From NCBI GenBank assembly GCA_946965045.2, contig OX337234.1, positions 2,480,001 to 2,544,000 on the forward strand: a stretch of 64,000 bases of DNA. Reading direction: 5' to 3'. Positions 8,633 to 19,897 of this stretch are shown here, piece by piece. Position numbers and translations under genes: made by a program. Every line of letters starts with the position of its first letter. Within the stretch, counting starts at the first letter, position 1. Source of the stretch: Epithemia pelagica. Taxonomy: Eukaryota > Protista > Bacillariophyta. The notes under the pieces were generated by a model that saw only the letters and a list, made by a program, of their open reading frames with translations, did no database searches and was not told the DNA's origin.

Positions 8633-10984
8633 TTATTCTCTAGCGCACAAAAAATCGCCCGTAGCATCCGGAAAGTCAGCAGTCGGAGGGGGAAAGTGCA
8701 CGCCAACAGCCTCCAGGGCTTCCTTGTCCAATGCAATGTCTCTTTGAATTGCATCAACGAGAGATTTATCCGCATGCCCATCCAATCTATTCATGATGTC
8801 AGTTGTTGCTGCCCAACTGCGAAGTTTTGGATCCATAGCAGCCCTTGTCTGGGAAGCGGTGTCAGCCTTCAACTTGTCCAGCGCTTTAATGAATTCAGAT
8901 TTAATGGAATCTCTCGCACCGTCTCTGGTTTTGCCTTGGCTAATCTGAACGACTCCGACTAGCTGTCGCAAAGATTGCACGGTATTATTCCAGTAAGCCT
9001 TATCGTTTGATTTCAGTTTCCCTCGTGGGAACGTGTTTGGGGCCCAGGTTCCGTATTTCTCACTGCGATATCGTTTCCGCGTGGACCGCAGGAAGCTAGT
9101 GTCCTCAACTCCCGTCATAGTGTCAGGGGAAGGTGCTGTAGAGGGAAAGGTGACCTCATCAAACTCCATTGCCTGCAAATTGACAAATCCGAAATAAGAC
9201 AGACTCTGCTCAGGCTGGAGAAACCATAGCTGAGCGTCAATCTCTTTGCCAATTCTGCTGCAGGTGTCAATAAACTCAATAATCATCGACTGCAGAACCG
9301 AATGGTATTTCTCAGCAACTGTGAGCTGCAGACCTGCAATGACAAAACGTTTTTCCTTTCTGAACATGATGACAGCATCGATCGCGGCAAAAGAGTCGCT
9401 CGTGGCTTTTGCAAATACGCAAAAGTCTCCTTCTTTGTCTTTGGTGAGTTTCTGGGCCTCCAGTTCGAAGTTAGCCATGGTCTCAAACGTGATGAAATTG
9501 ATAGCTGATGCAGGCACTTCGAGAAGCACTTCAATAGAGGGATTATCAATATTCACAGGAAGTACAGAGCCCACTATGGATATGTGAGCCTCTTGGCCGC
9601 CCATTTTCTTTGTGAGCATCGGCTCCCAGATCCAGTCAGCAAAGCCCCGTGCCTTCGGAATTTGAAGTAGGTCTCTCATTAGTTGCTGGAGATTCTTATC
9701 TGACTCATCTATTTCCTTTTCCGCTAAGCACCGAGCGACGTACGGTGAGGGGGCTTGGATCTCAAAATCATTTCGGAATGGGTTTGTAGGGACAATGTGC
9801 CCAACAAGGCCAGGATAGACCTTCAACCCAGCAGGGGAATTGGAAATTGCATCATCCAAGACAGCAAGTTTTTTTACCATACCCATGATGCTGTATTCAG
9901 CAAGGGCCCCATCAACTGCCCGTTTTGCAAGATCGGGATTGCTCACCGCTGGTAGGCAGAGGCGTGGAACACCCCCAACAAATTTGAATGCTTTCCGAGC
10001 CTCCAGAGCCCGAGCCTCCCTGTCCCTAGGATTTATTTCCGGTCTTGCTGCCATTGCCTCTACCTCTCTTTCAGCTGCAGGATTAATGAAGCAATAGTTG
10101 CCAAACACTTCAGACGCATTCTGTTGTTGCGTAACATCGTGCCACCGATCTTTGTTTGCCGAGGTAATGATTAGAACAAAGCCCGAAGGGTAGTTCCCTG
10201 GGGTGCCCTGACTAAGATCCACAACGTGAATCACTTTTGTTGACGGGTTTGATGTGCCAAAGCAGAGGTTCACGTTCCTCCACCGATAATGAACTTACCA
10301 GTCAAAAACCTTTGCAATGAACAAACCAATAATGGCACCGAGAATCGACTTGCCGGTTCCCTGGACTCCAGTAAGTATCATTGTGCTATCCTTTTGGACT
10401 TGGTCATCAGTTGCTGTGACGAAATCCTCATGGACTCTTTCGAAGAAGGCAATCGTCGAGCACAGAATGTAGGAATAGCACTGACGCCAATAAATAAGAG
10501 GGACTTTCACATCAAACCATCCCATGCGCTTGACTCTCATATGATCTTCTCCATCGAGTTTCAATTCAGCAACTTCTTGATCGAAGAATTCCTTCATTGA
10601 CGTAACCGCGGGGTCGGATGCTGCTGCTGCCTCAGCGTGATCTACATTGTTCGCTGGCTGCTCGTTCAGTAACCCCCCAGCCTGGATTCGATACCGCGTT
10701 CCTCCAATAGTCAGGACACCGCCATCACAAACAAGGAGGGTTGCAAACGTCTTGATAAATGGCTCCAAGCCGTTGGAACGGACGGCAGAAAACGAGTACG
10801 GAGGACCCGAGTAAAGAGTTGTGTCCGGAGAAAGAATGTTCACTTCTTCTTCATCCCACTTGATGCGCATGCCGTCACTTGTCTTGAACACATTCACTAC
10901 GGGTAGTTGCGCCGCCAATGAGGCTACAGATAATGCGGAAGCAGGGGCGGTGGTAGACTTGCTTGGATCCACGTTGGCAGCCAT
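8633..10984 (-). pseudogene. Crinkler/RHS-type P-loop NTPase + restriction-endonuclease-fold gene with one in-frame TAA (10295-10297)
   Basis: The two ORFs are in the same frame (W*VHYRW). Motifs: Walker A ILTGVQGTGKS, Walker B-like VIHVVD, VLIITS, FVGGVPR, and REase-like FAAIDAVI...GLQLTVAEKYH. This is the CR-NTPase+CR-REase arrangement. Confidence 0.75.
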
Positions 10985-11254
10985 GAAATAATGTATTTGT
11001 GTTGACAGTTCACGGTCTTGACGAGACGGGCTGAACAATCATTGCGTACCCGCCTGTTGGGACTTGGGACAAGATAGGGAATAGTCTATTCTTCCAGCTG
11101 CCGCGCCTACCCGCTAGAGGGTACGGTCGACCGACTGCCCTGGCGCCATTACTCTCTGAATCATGGAGCGGGGGGACAGCCCGCTTGTGACAAGGGGCCA
11201 CATAGACGAACCGCTTTTCGGGCCCCACATCTAGCCCTCCCAACCACCTAATCA

Positions 11255-11330
11255 CAGCGGACTCGAACCCTGGACACCCATGAACCGAGACCATCATGAG
11301 CAAAGGTCCGAACCACTCGACCAAGGCGGC
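11255..11330 (-). ncRNA. tRNA-derived (SINE-like) head with Pol III A and B boxes
   Basis: Minus strand GCCGCCT-TGGTCGAGTGG-TTCGGACC (A box; GGTC/GACC D-stem), then 43 nt, then GGTTCGAGTCC (B box). There is no acceptor-stem pairing, so it is not a functional tRNA. Confidence 0.55.
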
Positions 11331-11417
11331 TGGTGGGACGGGTAACGGGTAAGGATAGTCGCGACCAAACTACGACTACGACAACAAAAGAGGAGATGAC
11401 GTGTCAGCCAGAGGGAG

Positions 11418-11469
11418 TAGCTTGGGGGACTCTACTGACGGTTAACATACTGACACAAAAAATGAACTT
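11418..11469. repeat. direct repeat, copy 2 (~52 bp)
   Basis: tagcttgggggactctactgacggttaacatactgacacaaaaaatgaactt matches 7930-7984. Confidence 0.9.
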
Positions 11470-11672
11470 GTTTTACTGACGATCGGTCCAACTTTTTTTG
11501 TCGGTTTGTTTGGGAAGACGTAAGCTTCATGATTCAAAGCGACAACCGGGAGTCATTGGAGACATTTTGGTTTGTGCCAATCGTCGAGAGAGTGGAAGAC
11601 CTCTTGAGAAAGCTTGGAGGCGAGACCTTGTTGCGTAAACGGAAAGAGAGGAGAAAGGGTGTTGCTGCAATC

Positions 11673-14600
11673 ATGGCTCCATCAAATTCGAATGAATCGT
11701 ATTGTACCTTCACTCTTGCGTCGGATGTGACGGCGGGAGGTCTTCCCTCTGAGGAAGACATTGCGAGAGATTTGGAATCCAAAGATACGGCCGTACGTAG
11801 CGAGAGAGCTTCATTTTGAGATGTTTGGTGATAGTTCTAGAGAACGACTGAGTAGTCTGACCGGTACCTCGATGTGTCGTTTTCAATTTTTTGCTTTCTG
11901 TGTGATTCACAGGTGAAGAAACATGCCTTGAAAGCCGCCATCATGGCCATGTTGGGTGGTGAGCCCATGCCCCGTATTTTGATGCAAGTTATTCGTTTTT
12001 GCATCAACTCGGATGACAAACAGTTGAAAAAGCTTTGTATGTTGTACTGGGAAGTCGTTCCAAAGTACCAAGAACCATCATCTGAAGCCATGCTGGCCGC
12101 AGCATCCGGTGGTCCCCCGGTTGTTCGGAAGATGTTGCCCGAAATGCTCCTCGTATGCAATGCCTTGATGAACGATTTGAACCATCCTAACGAATACGTT
12201 CGTGGATCCATGCTTCGTTTCTTGTGTAAGGTGAAGGATGAAGAAATCCTCGGCCCTCTGATTCCCAGCGTCAAGGCGTGCCTCGAACATCGTCACCCCT
12301 ACGTTCGGAAGAATGCTGCCTTGGCCATCTTCCATGCTCACAAATTGCACGGCGAAACTCTCATTCCCGATGGTCCGGAACTGATTTCCCAGTTTCTTGA
12401 GCAAGAAACGGATGTGGCGTCTCGTCGTAATGCATTTTTGATGTTGTTCAACGAGAACGAAGAGTTGGCCTTTGCCTTTTTGGCCCGCAACATGGACGAT
12501 GTGGGCAAGTACGGCGATGGCTTTGCACTCCTTGTTTTGGATTTAACGCGCAAGGTTTGCCGCCGCGATCCGACGCAAAAGTCTCGTTTTGTCCGTGTCT
12601 TGTTTCAGATGTTGAGCAGCAGTTCGCCGGCTGTTTCCTACGAAGCCGCATGGACCCTGGTGTCGCTCAGTTCGGCCCCTACTGCCGTTCGTGCTGCTGC
12701 CATGACCTATGTCAATTTGTTGAATGGACAGAATGATAATAATGTCAAACTGATTGTTTTGATGCGCTTGGAATCACTGAAGGAAAAGCATACGAAAATT
12801 CTTCAAGAATTGTTGATGGACATTCTTCGTGCCCTCAGCAGCCCCAACCCGGATATTTGCAAAAAGGTGTTGGAGGTTATCCTTGATGTCATTTCTACTC
12901 GGAATGTCCAAGACGTTGTTAACGTCCTCAAGCGTGAAGTTCAGAAAACCATTTCGGACGATGTTCAGCAAGAGAAGGGTTCGGACTATCGTAACATGCT
13001 CATCCGTACGATTCACGGTTGTGCCGTGCGTTTCCCACAGGTTGCCGAATCAGTGGTGCATGTCTTGACGGACTTCTTGGCCACTGATTCCGGTATGCAG
13101 GTTATCATATTTGTTCGTGCCATTGTCGAACAGTACCCAGACTTGCGAGAACCACTCCTTACCAAGCTCCAATCGAGTTTGGACACGGTATCGTCCAACC
13201 AAGTTTTGTGTGTTTGTCTCTGGATTCTTGGAGAATACACCGAAAACGCTGATGGTATCACAGAAGCCTTTGATACCATCGTCGAACAAGCGGGGGAACC
13301 GCCGTACATTATTCAGGCAAAGGAGAAGGAAGCTGAAGAAAAAGCGGCTGCCGAAGCTGCGTCGGGTCCTAAGATTGTCACCAAGAATGTTGTCTTATCG
13401 GACGGCACCTACGCCACACAAACGGTGTACAGCGAAAGCAAGACACCTACCCTCTCGGATCGTACCCCCGCGCTCCGCAAGATGCTTATTTCGGGTGACG
13501 TCTTCCTGGGAGAGACTATGTCGGCCGCTTTGACGAAACTTTGTCTTCGCGCCAGCGACATGCCAACTATCGCCCCTGCCAAAGTCAAGTCCATGACTGC
13601 TACCGCCGTCTTGGCAATGTGCGGTGTTGTGAAAATGGCTGAAGTAACAGTGGCGGCTCAACGATCGAGTTTGACGGACTGTCAAGAACGTATCACTCTG
13701 TGTTGTCGGGCTCTTTTGGACCCTGCCGCGAAAGAGCTGCTCAAGGATATCTTCATGAAGGATGGTCGCCGACGCTTTGCTGAGTTCTTGAAAATTATTA
13801 AGGAAAAAGAACTCAAGGAAACGTCCAAGAAGGACGATGACCGGAACAAAAAGCAAGGAATCGCAACCACTCAACCAGACGATCTTATTCACTTTCGTCA
13901 GCTCAAATCTATCGCATCATTGGGAGGAGGTGACCTCGATCTGGACGACGGTGCCGATTTGGCTCGTGCGACTGGATACGATAGTGCGGGATCTCTGTTG
14001 AGTTCCGAGCTCTCGCACGTCTACCAACTTAGTGGATTTGCCGATCCAGTGTACGCCGAAGCTTTGGTGACGGTTCATGATTACGACATTGTATTGGAAA
14101 TCCTTGTCATGAACCGAACACCCAACACTTTGGCAAACTTGACGGTCGAACTAGCGACCATGGGAGACATGAAAATTGTCGAACGTCCCCAGTCCCACAC
14201 AATCGGTCCCTTGGACCAAATGACTATTCGTGCCTCCATCAAGGTGAGCTCCACCGAGACTGGACACATTTTCGGAACAATTGTATACGATGACACATCC
14301 ACACGTGAGAAATGTTATGTGAATCTCAATGACATTCACATGGATATCATGGATTACATTCGTCCCGCAATGTGTACCGATGAGGCTTTCAGGAGTATGT
14401 GGGCTGAGTTCGAATGGGAAAACAAGGTGGCGATTTCCACTTCCATCACTTCCTTATTGGACTTTTTGAATCACATTGTCACGTCGACCAATATGAGTTG
14501 CCTCACCCCCTTTGATGACACCTCGGAAAAGCAAGGCTCTTTCCTTGCGGCAAATCTCTATGCACGAAGGTACGTAACTTTTTCTGTTGATTTTCGATTG

Positions 14601-15032
14601 ATTCGTCGTTGTGTTTCCCCGGTTTCGTGTTGGATGCCTTTGTAACCGGTTTCCCTCGGTTGGCGTCCGTTAATGCCGGGGTAAATTGGGCCTAGAGAAC
14701 GTTTTGCGCCGAACAGGCGTTGTTCTTGAATCGTCGATTCTTTGTTGCAAGCTTTGGATTTTGCAGTATCCCAACCGAACCAGGGCATCGTTGAATTGAT
14801 ACACTCCAATTTTCATTACATTCTGTTTCTAACTTATTTTTCTGCTTTTGCCTATGTCAGTGTGTTTGGTGAGGATGCCTTGGTCAACGTCTCCGTAGAA
14901 AAGAAGGAGGACAATGATGGGAAACTCGCTGGATACATCCGCATTCGTTCGAAGACTCAAGGCATTGCCCTCAGTTTGGGAGACCGGATCACGTCCGTCC
15001 AACGGGGACTGCCGGAACAACCTAAGCAGTAG
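11673..15032 (+). CDS. COPB1: coatomer subunit beta (exons 11673-11792, 11913-14569, 14861-15032)
   Basis: Conserved [66 protein letters not shown] and [12 protein letters not shown]. Both GT-AG introns restore the frame. Confidence 0.97.
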
Positions 15033-15138
15033 ATAGGCTAGCATTCTTGTCTAGATTAACTCCACATCCCTCATATTCTCGCTAGTGTGCTAAATGCAGC
15101 CTGTTGGGACAGATAAAAGAACCATGTCGTTATGGTTT

Positions 15139-16200
15139 TTACAAGTGGAACTTCCTTCGCGTTGTATCCATCTCCTTCCGTTTGTGGAACCATTCATATT
15201 CACCATGTTTGGTGTCAAAAGTACCCTCTTGCAGCCATCTCAACTTGAGCGTGAATCGCGGACCTAACTCTTGCAATCTCGTGTTTACCGCTGGTCCCAA
15301 CGATTTGTTTTCCATCATTTTAGCTTTCTGTTTGTCATTCATTTCATCAAAGATGTAACGATGTTGTCTCACGAATATGTAATCACGTTGATTGTGAAAG
15401 GTCACGACTTGTCGTCCTTGAAACTGGGCATCGTGGGGGAACAGACTTCCTAGCAAACGACCCACCCGATGTCCCAGGCGTGTTCCGAATCCATGTAGAT
15501 TGAGTTCGGGAATGTGTGAGGTTTGGGAACCGTGGTGTGGAATGTCTGTGCTTGTAATGACATTGGAGACTTTGAAAAAAGCTGTTGGTCCCGCTTGACA
15601 AGTATCGTCGTGCTGTCTCAAGTGAGAAATGGTCATTCCATTGCATACTTTGCTCTTCTCAGAGAGCACAATAAGATGCGTAAAGTTGCGGTTCGATGCA
15701 AATTTGCAGATTTCCTTGACGGAATACGATTTTCGGGGGTAGAAGTGAAGTGATGGTACCATTTTTTGCAGGTCAGCAATAAAGTAAAATAGATTTTGAG
15801 ATGGTCGTGGCCGTGTAGTGATGAGGAGTTTCGGTTTCTCGTCCTCGTTAAAGTAGGGCGCAAATTCGTCGTCGGCTTCGTCAGCCATAACTTCGGGATC
15901 TTCAGCCAAGACCATGGTGGGCTCCAGCTCCCTAGTATTCTCTAGCGTCTTTGGTGCTTGCTTGACAACTTCTTGTCCAAGCTCTTCTGCTTCTTTTACG
16001 CGCTTTAATTTCGCTTCCTTACGTGCCGCATTCTTTTGTTGCAGGTACTTCCCATACATCTCACTCCGTTTCATTTTGTTCGCAATATGCGATGGATTTC
16101 GTCGTAATGGGACAGAAGCTTGAGATTTCTTGACATCCTTCCCAAGTTTTGCCGTATTAACGGGCTTCTTCCCAGTCGGAGCGTTTGATTTCTTCCCCAT
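15139..16200 (-). CDS. RPF1: ribosome production factor 1 (Brix domain)
   Basis: PKTLENTRE, DEFAPYF, PKLLITT, GPTAFFKVSN, PELNLHGFGTRLGHRVGRLLGSLFP, RQVVTFHNQRDYIFVRQHRYIF, LQELGPRFTLKLRWLQEG. Confidence 0.95.
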   Translation of the reverse strand: MGKKSNAPTGKKPVNTAKLGKDVKKSQASVPLRRNPSHIANKMKRSEMYGKYLQQKNAARKEAKLKRVKEAEELGQEVVKQAPKTLENTRELEPTMVLAEDPEVMADEADDEFAPYFNEDEKPKLLITTRPRPSQNLFYFIADLQKMVPSLHFYPRKSYSVKEICKFASNRNFTHLIVLSEKSKVCNGMTISHLRQHDDTCQAGPTAFFKVSNVITSTDIPHHGSQTSHIPELNLHGFGTRLGHRVGRLLGSLFPHDAQFQGRQVVTFHNQRDYIFVRQHRYIFDEMNDKQKAKMMENKSLGPAVNTRLQELGPRFTLKLRWLQEGTFDTKHGEYEWFHKRKEMDTTRRKFHL

Positions 16201-16406
16201 GGTCACAGACTGTGTAAGAGGAAATAAAAAATGAATGACTGGTTGCCATGGGCGATGATGCAACGGTCGCTTCTGAATCGCTGTAAGATAAAAACTACCT
16301 ACTGAAAAAGTATAACCAAGAGCTCTAGGACTCTAGGAGTAGGTTCGAGCAATCATCCTTAAGGATTCCGCTTCGACAGTTTAGGTCCATGATTCTATAT
16401 CCGATG

Positions 16407-18245
16407 TTAATCCCCTCCTTCATCAGCAAACTGTTCCCCATCTTGATCTGATTCGCCACCCAACAGAGGTGTTTCGGCATCTTCCTGCTCGTCATCCCCA
16501 TCGTCATGGGCCGGCGCCGCTTCTTGTCGTGCACGGGTTTCTTCCACGCATTTTTCCCAGCTGCTAAAGTGCATAATCGCAAACACAATAATGGCCTCAA
16601 AGCCACCGCAGATTGCCTCCAGCCAGTACACACCGAGCAAATTCCCATGGAAGTACAAAATATACAGGGCAACTCCTCCAATCGACAAGGGTAATTCCAA
16701 TCCAAAACTCAACAAGGTGGAGATAAAAGGCCGTCCCATACCCGAGAAGACACCAGATGTGATGTTTCCCACAAGCATATTGAGGTAGGTACCGGCTAAC
16801 ATGGCCGGAATGAGGGTGTCACTTAGACCCAACACCTTTTCATCGTTGGTGGCAATTCTCAAAATGGTCGTGCCAAGCGGCAAGAAAAAGACGGCGACGA
16901 CCACATTCACAGCGGTAATCGTATACAAGAGTAACCACGCCGAGCTTTTTGCGGCCTTCCAATCCCCACGTCCCAAATGGAACCCAACGCGAATCGACGA
17001 AACCATACCGGTCGTGGCCGACAAGGTTCCACTCCAAGGGATACTGACCGTAGACAGGGCGGAGGATGCGGCCAGGGCGTTTTCACCGAGACGTCCCACC
17101 AGAATGGTAGTGGCTTGGTTGGCACAGGCCTGGAAGAGTAAGGTACCAATGTTGGGCAAAGTTTGCTTCATAAATTCAATGGTACGGTCTAGCGTGTGGT
17201 GACGGAAGGACAGACCTGGCCAAGTAGCGAGGTGATGTTGCTTGTAGAGGAACATGTAGATAAAGTATACCACACATTGCATCGTGCGTGAAATGGACAA
17301 GGAAATGGCAGCTCCCACAAAGCCAAATCCGCTCCAAAACTTAAACGGTCCTCCAAACACGAAGATGTAATTTAGAAGTGCGTTGATAAAGAGGAAAGCA
17401 ATGTTGTTGTACATAGCTGGTTTGGGTAAGCCTTGTGCCTGAAAGTAAAAGCGCATACATTGGTACTGCAAAAAGCCAATGGTGACGAGGATTGACGCAA
17501 TTTTCGCCTTGTGTTAGAAATCGTTGTGTGATTCAACCAATAGTAAGACAGAGCAACAAAAATGACCATGACGACGTACCAATCCATTGGGAATGGGCCA
17601 AACGACATTGAACTTGGAGTAAAGACCCGCTACATGAGACACATCGGCAGGAAAGTCCAACATTCGAAGGATCGGTTCCACGTAGAAGCAACCCACCAAA
17701 CAGGGCAACATGGTCAGGGACAACCAAAACATGGACTGCTGCAACCAAATGCCCGCCATTTTGGGATTGCCACTTCCCACCGCTTGTCCCACCAAAGCAT
17801 TCAACACCTGGTTAAATGCCAGGGGAGGAATGAGCAAGACATTGACCACCATGTCCGACAGGGTTGCCGCCGCTAAATAGGTCATGGCGGTGTGCGATCC
17901 GGAAGTAATGTGCCCGACAAAGGCACTGTCGGTGGAGGCCATACCCATACGACAAAAGAAAGAAATGGCAAGGGGAAGACCCAAGTTCACCATTTCCAAT
18001 AATTCTCCAGAAATTGTATAAAGATAGTCATCATTGTTGTTGTTGTTGTCAGCATCCCCATTTTCGTCATTGTTATCATCGGTCTCATTTTCGGCGACCA
18101 CGGTTACAGTACCATTGGCGGCGGCGTTTGCCTTGTTGTTGTCCGAAGGTGGAGATTCGACATCATTGCTGGTGGCTTCCCCATTCTCTCCGTTCGATGA
18201 CGGAAGAAGGGGCTCTTCCAGTGTTGTTGCAGCAGATTCCTCCAT
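16407..18245 (-). CDS. MATE family efflux transporter (exons 18245-17580, 17465-16407)
   Basis: Multiple TM helices, with STDSAFVGH, LNALVGQAVGSGNPKMAGIWLQ, RFYFQAQG and RVGFHLGRGD. A 114-nt GT-AG intron joins the two ORFs in frame. Confidence 0.9.
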
Positions 18246-18752
18246 GATACCAAAAGATATAGTTGTGCTCCTCGCTTCGAATGAGAAAACTTTCCAACGC
18301 TATTCGATGTACTTCGATTTTTGGCGCAGTTGCCGTGTTACCGGGGGAATGAATGAGGCCTTTTCCGGAAAAAGATCCGTTTCCGCACAAGATCCCTTTT
18401 TCCAACAAATCTTAGGGCAAAAAATTCTTTTTTCCTTCTTTTGAGATCATTTTTCCACTTTATGGAGAATTATCAACTTTTTATAAGAATTTTGGGATGG
18501 TGGTTTACGTTCTTGAGAATTGAGAACACAACAACCTTCTCATCAAAAAACCATTTACGCTATTAGGAGTACCATATTTCCATTTCGTCAAATCAGGGCG
18601 TCGCACCTCTGGGCAGGTGGCTTTGGCCCTTCTCTTCTGAGACCCTCTCTACCGGCATCTCTCACTCTATCGTTCTACTAGGTAGGTGTTTTGTGCTCTT
18701 TCGTGGTTGTACGGAAAACTCCAGCGCACAAACCAATCTGGATGGAGCTACA

Positions 18753-19401
18753 ATGAGTTCCGACGACTACACCAACCGCCACACCACGCACAAGAAGCAC
18801 CCCAAAACAATCATTGATGCTCAGGGCAATATTCTCGGCGGCCCTACAGCATCCAACAACCAGGCGACAACTGTTGCATTAGGCGAGGCTCCTCATGGTG
18901 GTTCGTCCAGAAACAACAACGGCAACAACTCGATCCAGCAGCTCCTGGCCATCCTGCAGCGCGCGACAGATTGCAATGGAAGAGGAGGCCGTGACATTGA
19001 TGTGTTTGGGTTCTTGTTAGACCGAAGGCAGTTTATTATTTTGATCGTCGCTTGTTTGATCATGTTTGGATTCCAATTTTGTAAGGACGACTGCTGTCTC
19101 GCTGTACTTTATACAAGTTTTCCTCCGAGACTCACTCTATACTCTGTACATCTTTCGGTCTCTCTTTCCTTTGCATCGTTACAATTGTCATTCAATAGCA
19201 TGTTTCCTTCTCTTGGCCATGCTGCTCCATCGCATATATCAGCAATGGACAGATCAGAGAAGTAGTTCGCGCTCCATCTCCAGCAATCTACAAAGAGGAC
19301 GAGGTGGAGGTGGTGGAGGTACCCCACCTCCCACAACAACGTGGGGAAATCGAGGCGTTCGCGGTATCTCGGATCTTCCTTGTGATTCAGTGGTTGGATG
19401 A
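18753..19401 (+). CDS. small membrane protein with a Gly/Pro-rich tail (exons 18753-19080, 19199-19401)
   Basis: A phase-1 intron gtaagg...caatag joins IILIVACLIMFGFQF-S-CFLLLAMLL. The C-terminus is GRGGGGGG...RGVRGISDLP. Confidence 0.6.
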
Positions 19402-19897
19402 CAACGAGTGTAGTGTGGGCATCACTCACATTCACACTCGATGCGCACATCCAAAATGGAACATTATTTTCCTATGGAATGGGGATGGAGGAACGAGAAG
19501 ATACATACCGAATGATGCCATTGAGTATGGATCTCCAAACTCGGTGGTGGAGAGTGCAAAACATTCTTCTTATTCCTGTCACAGACTTGTCGTCGTGGTT
19601 TTTGATCCGAGGATGTGTGACCAAGGCTAGTCCCACGTGCTTGTCAGTTCACATTAGCCGTATGCGTCGCAAGAATCTGCAACGCAACTGCAGAATAGAA
19701 AACTTGACCAAATAAATGATCTTGTTGATCGAATGGAGACGTACAAGCTTGTAGGAAACAGTCGCACGTCGTCCAATCGCCCTTCAAGTCACCAGGATTC
19801 CTTGTGTTTGAAACGCGATTGTGAGATGTGGTTGTTCAAGAGCGGCGATTAACTTTTTCCATTCGACAGGTAATGTCAAAAGGATCTCTTGTTGACT

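Noticed and set aside
11255-11330. Functional tRNA-Met (CAT in a CTCATGA loop)
   Set aside because: No acceptor stem, weak anticodon stem and a disrupted T stem. Kept only as a tRNA-derived head.
19380-19570. Possible SelK/SelS-like selenoprotein: TM + Gly/Pro tail ending ...CDSVVG-TGA, with a downstream tctcc/ggaga stem
   Set aside because: The stem lacks the AUGA/GA non-Watson-Crick quartet of a SECIS, so TGA is treated as a stop.
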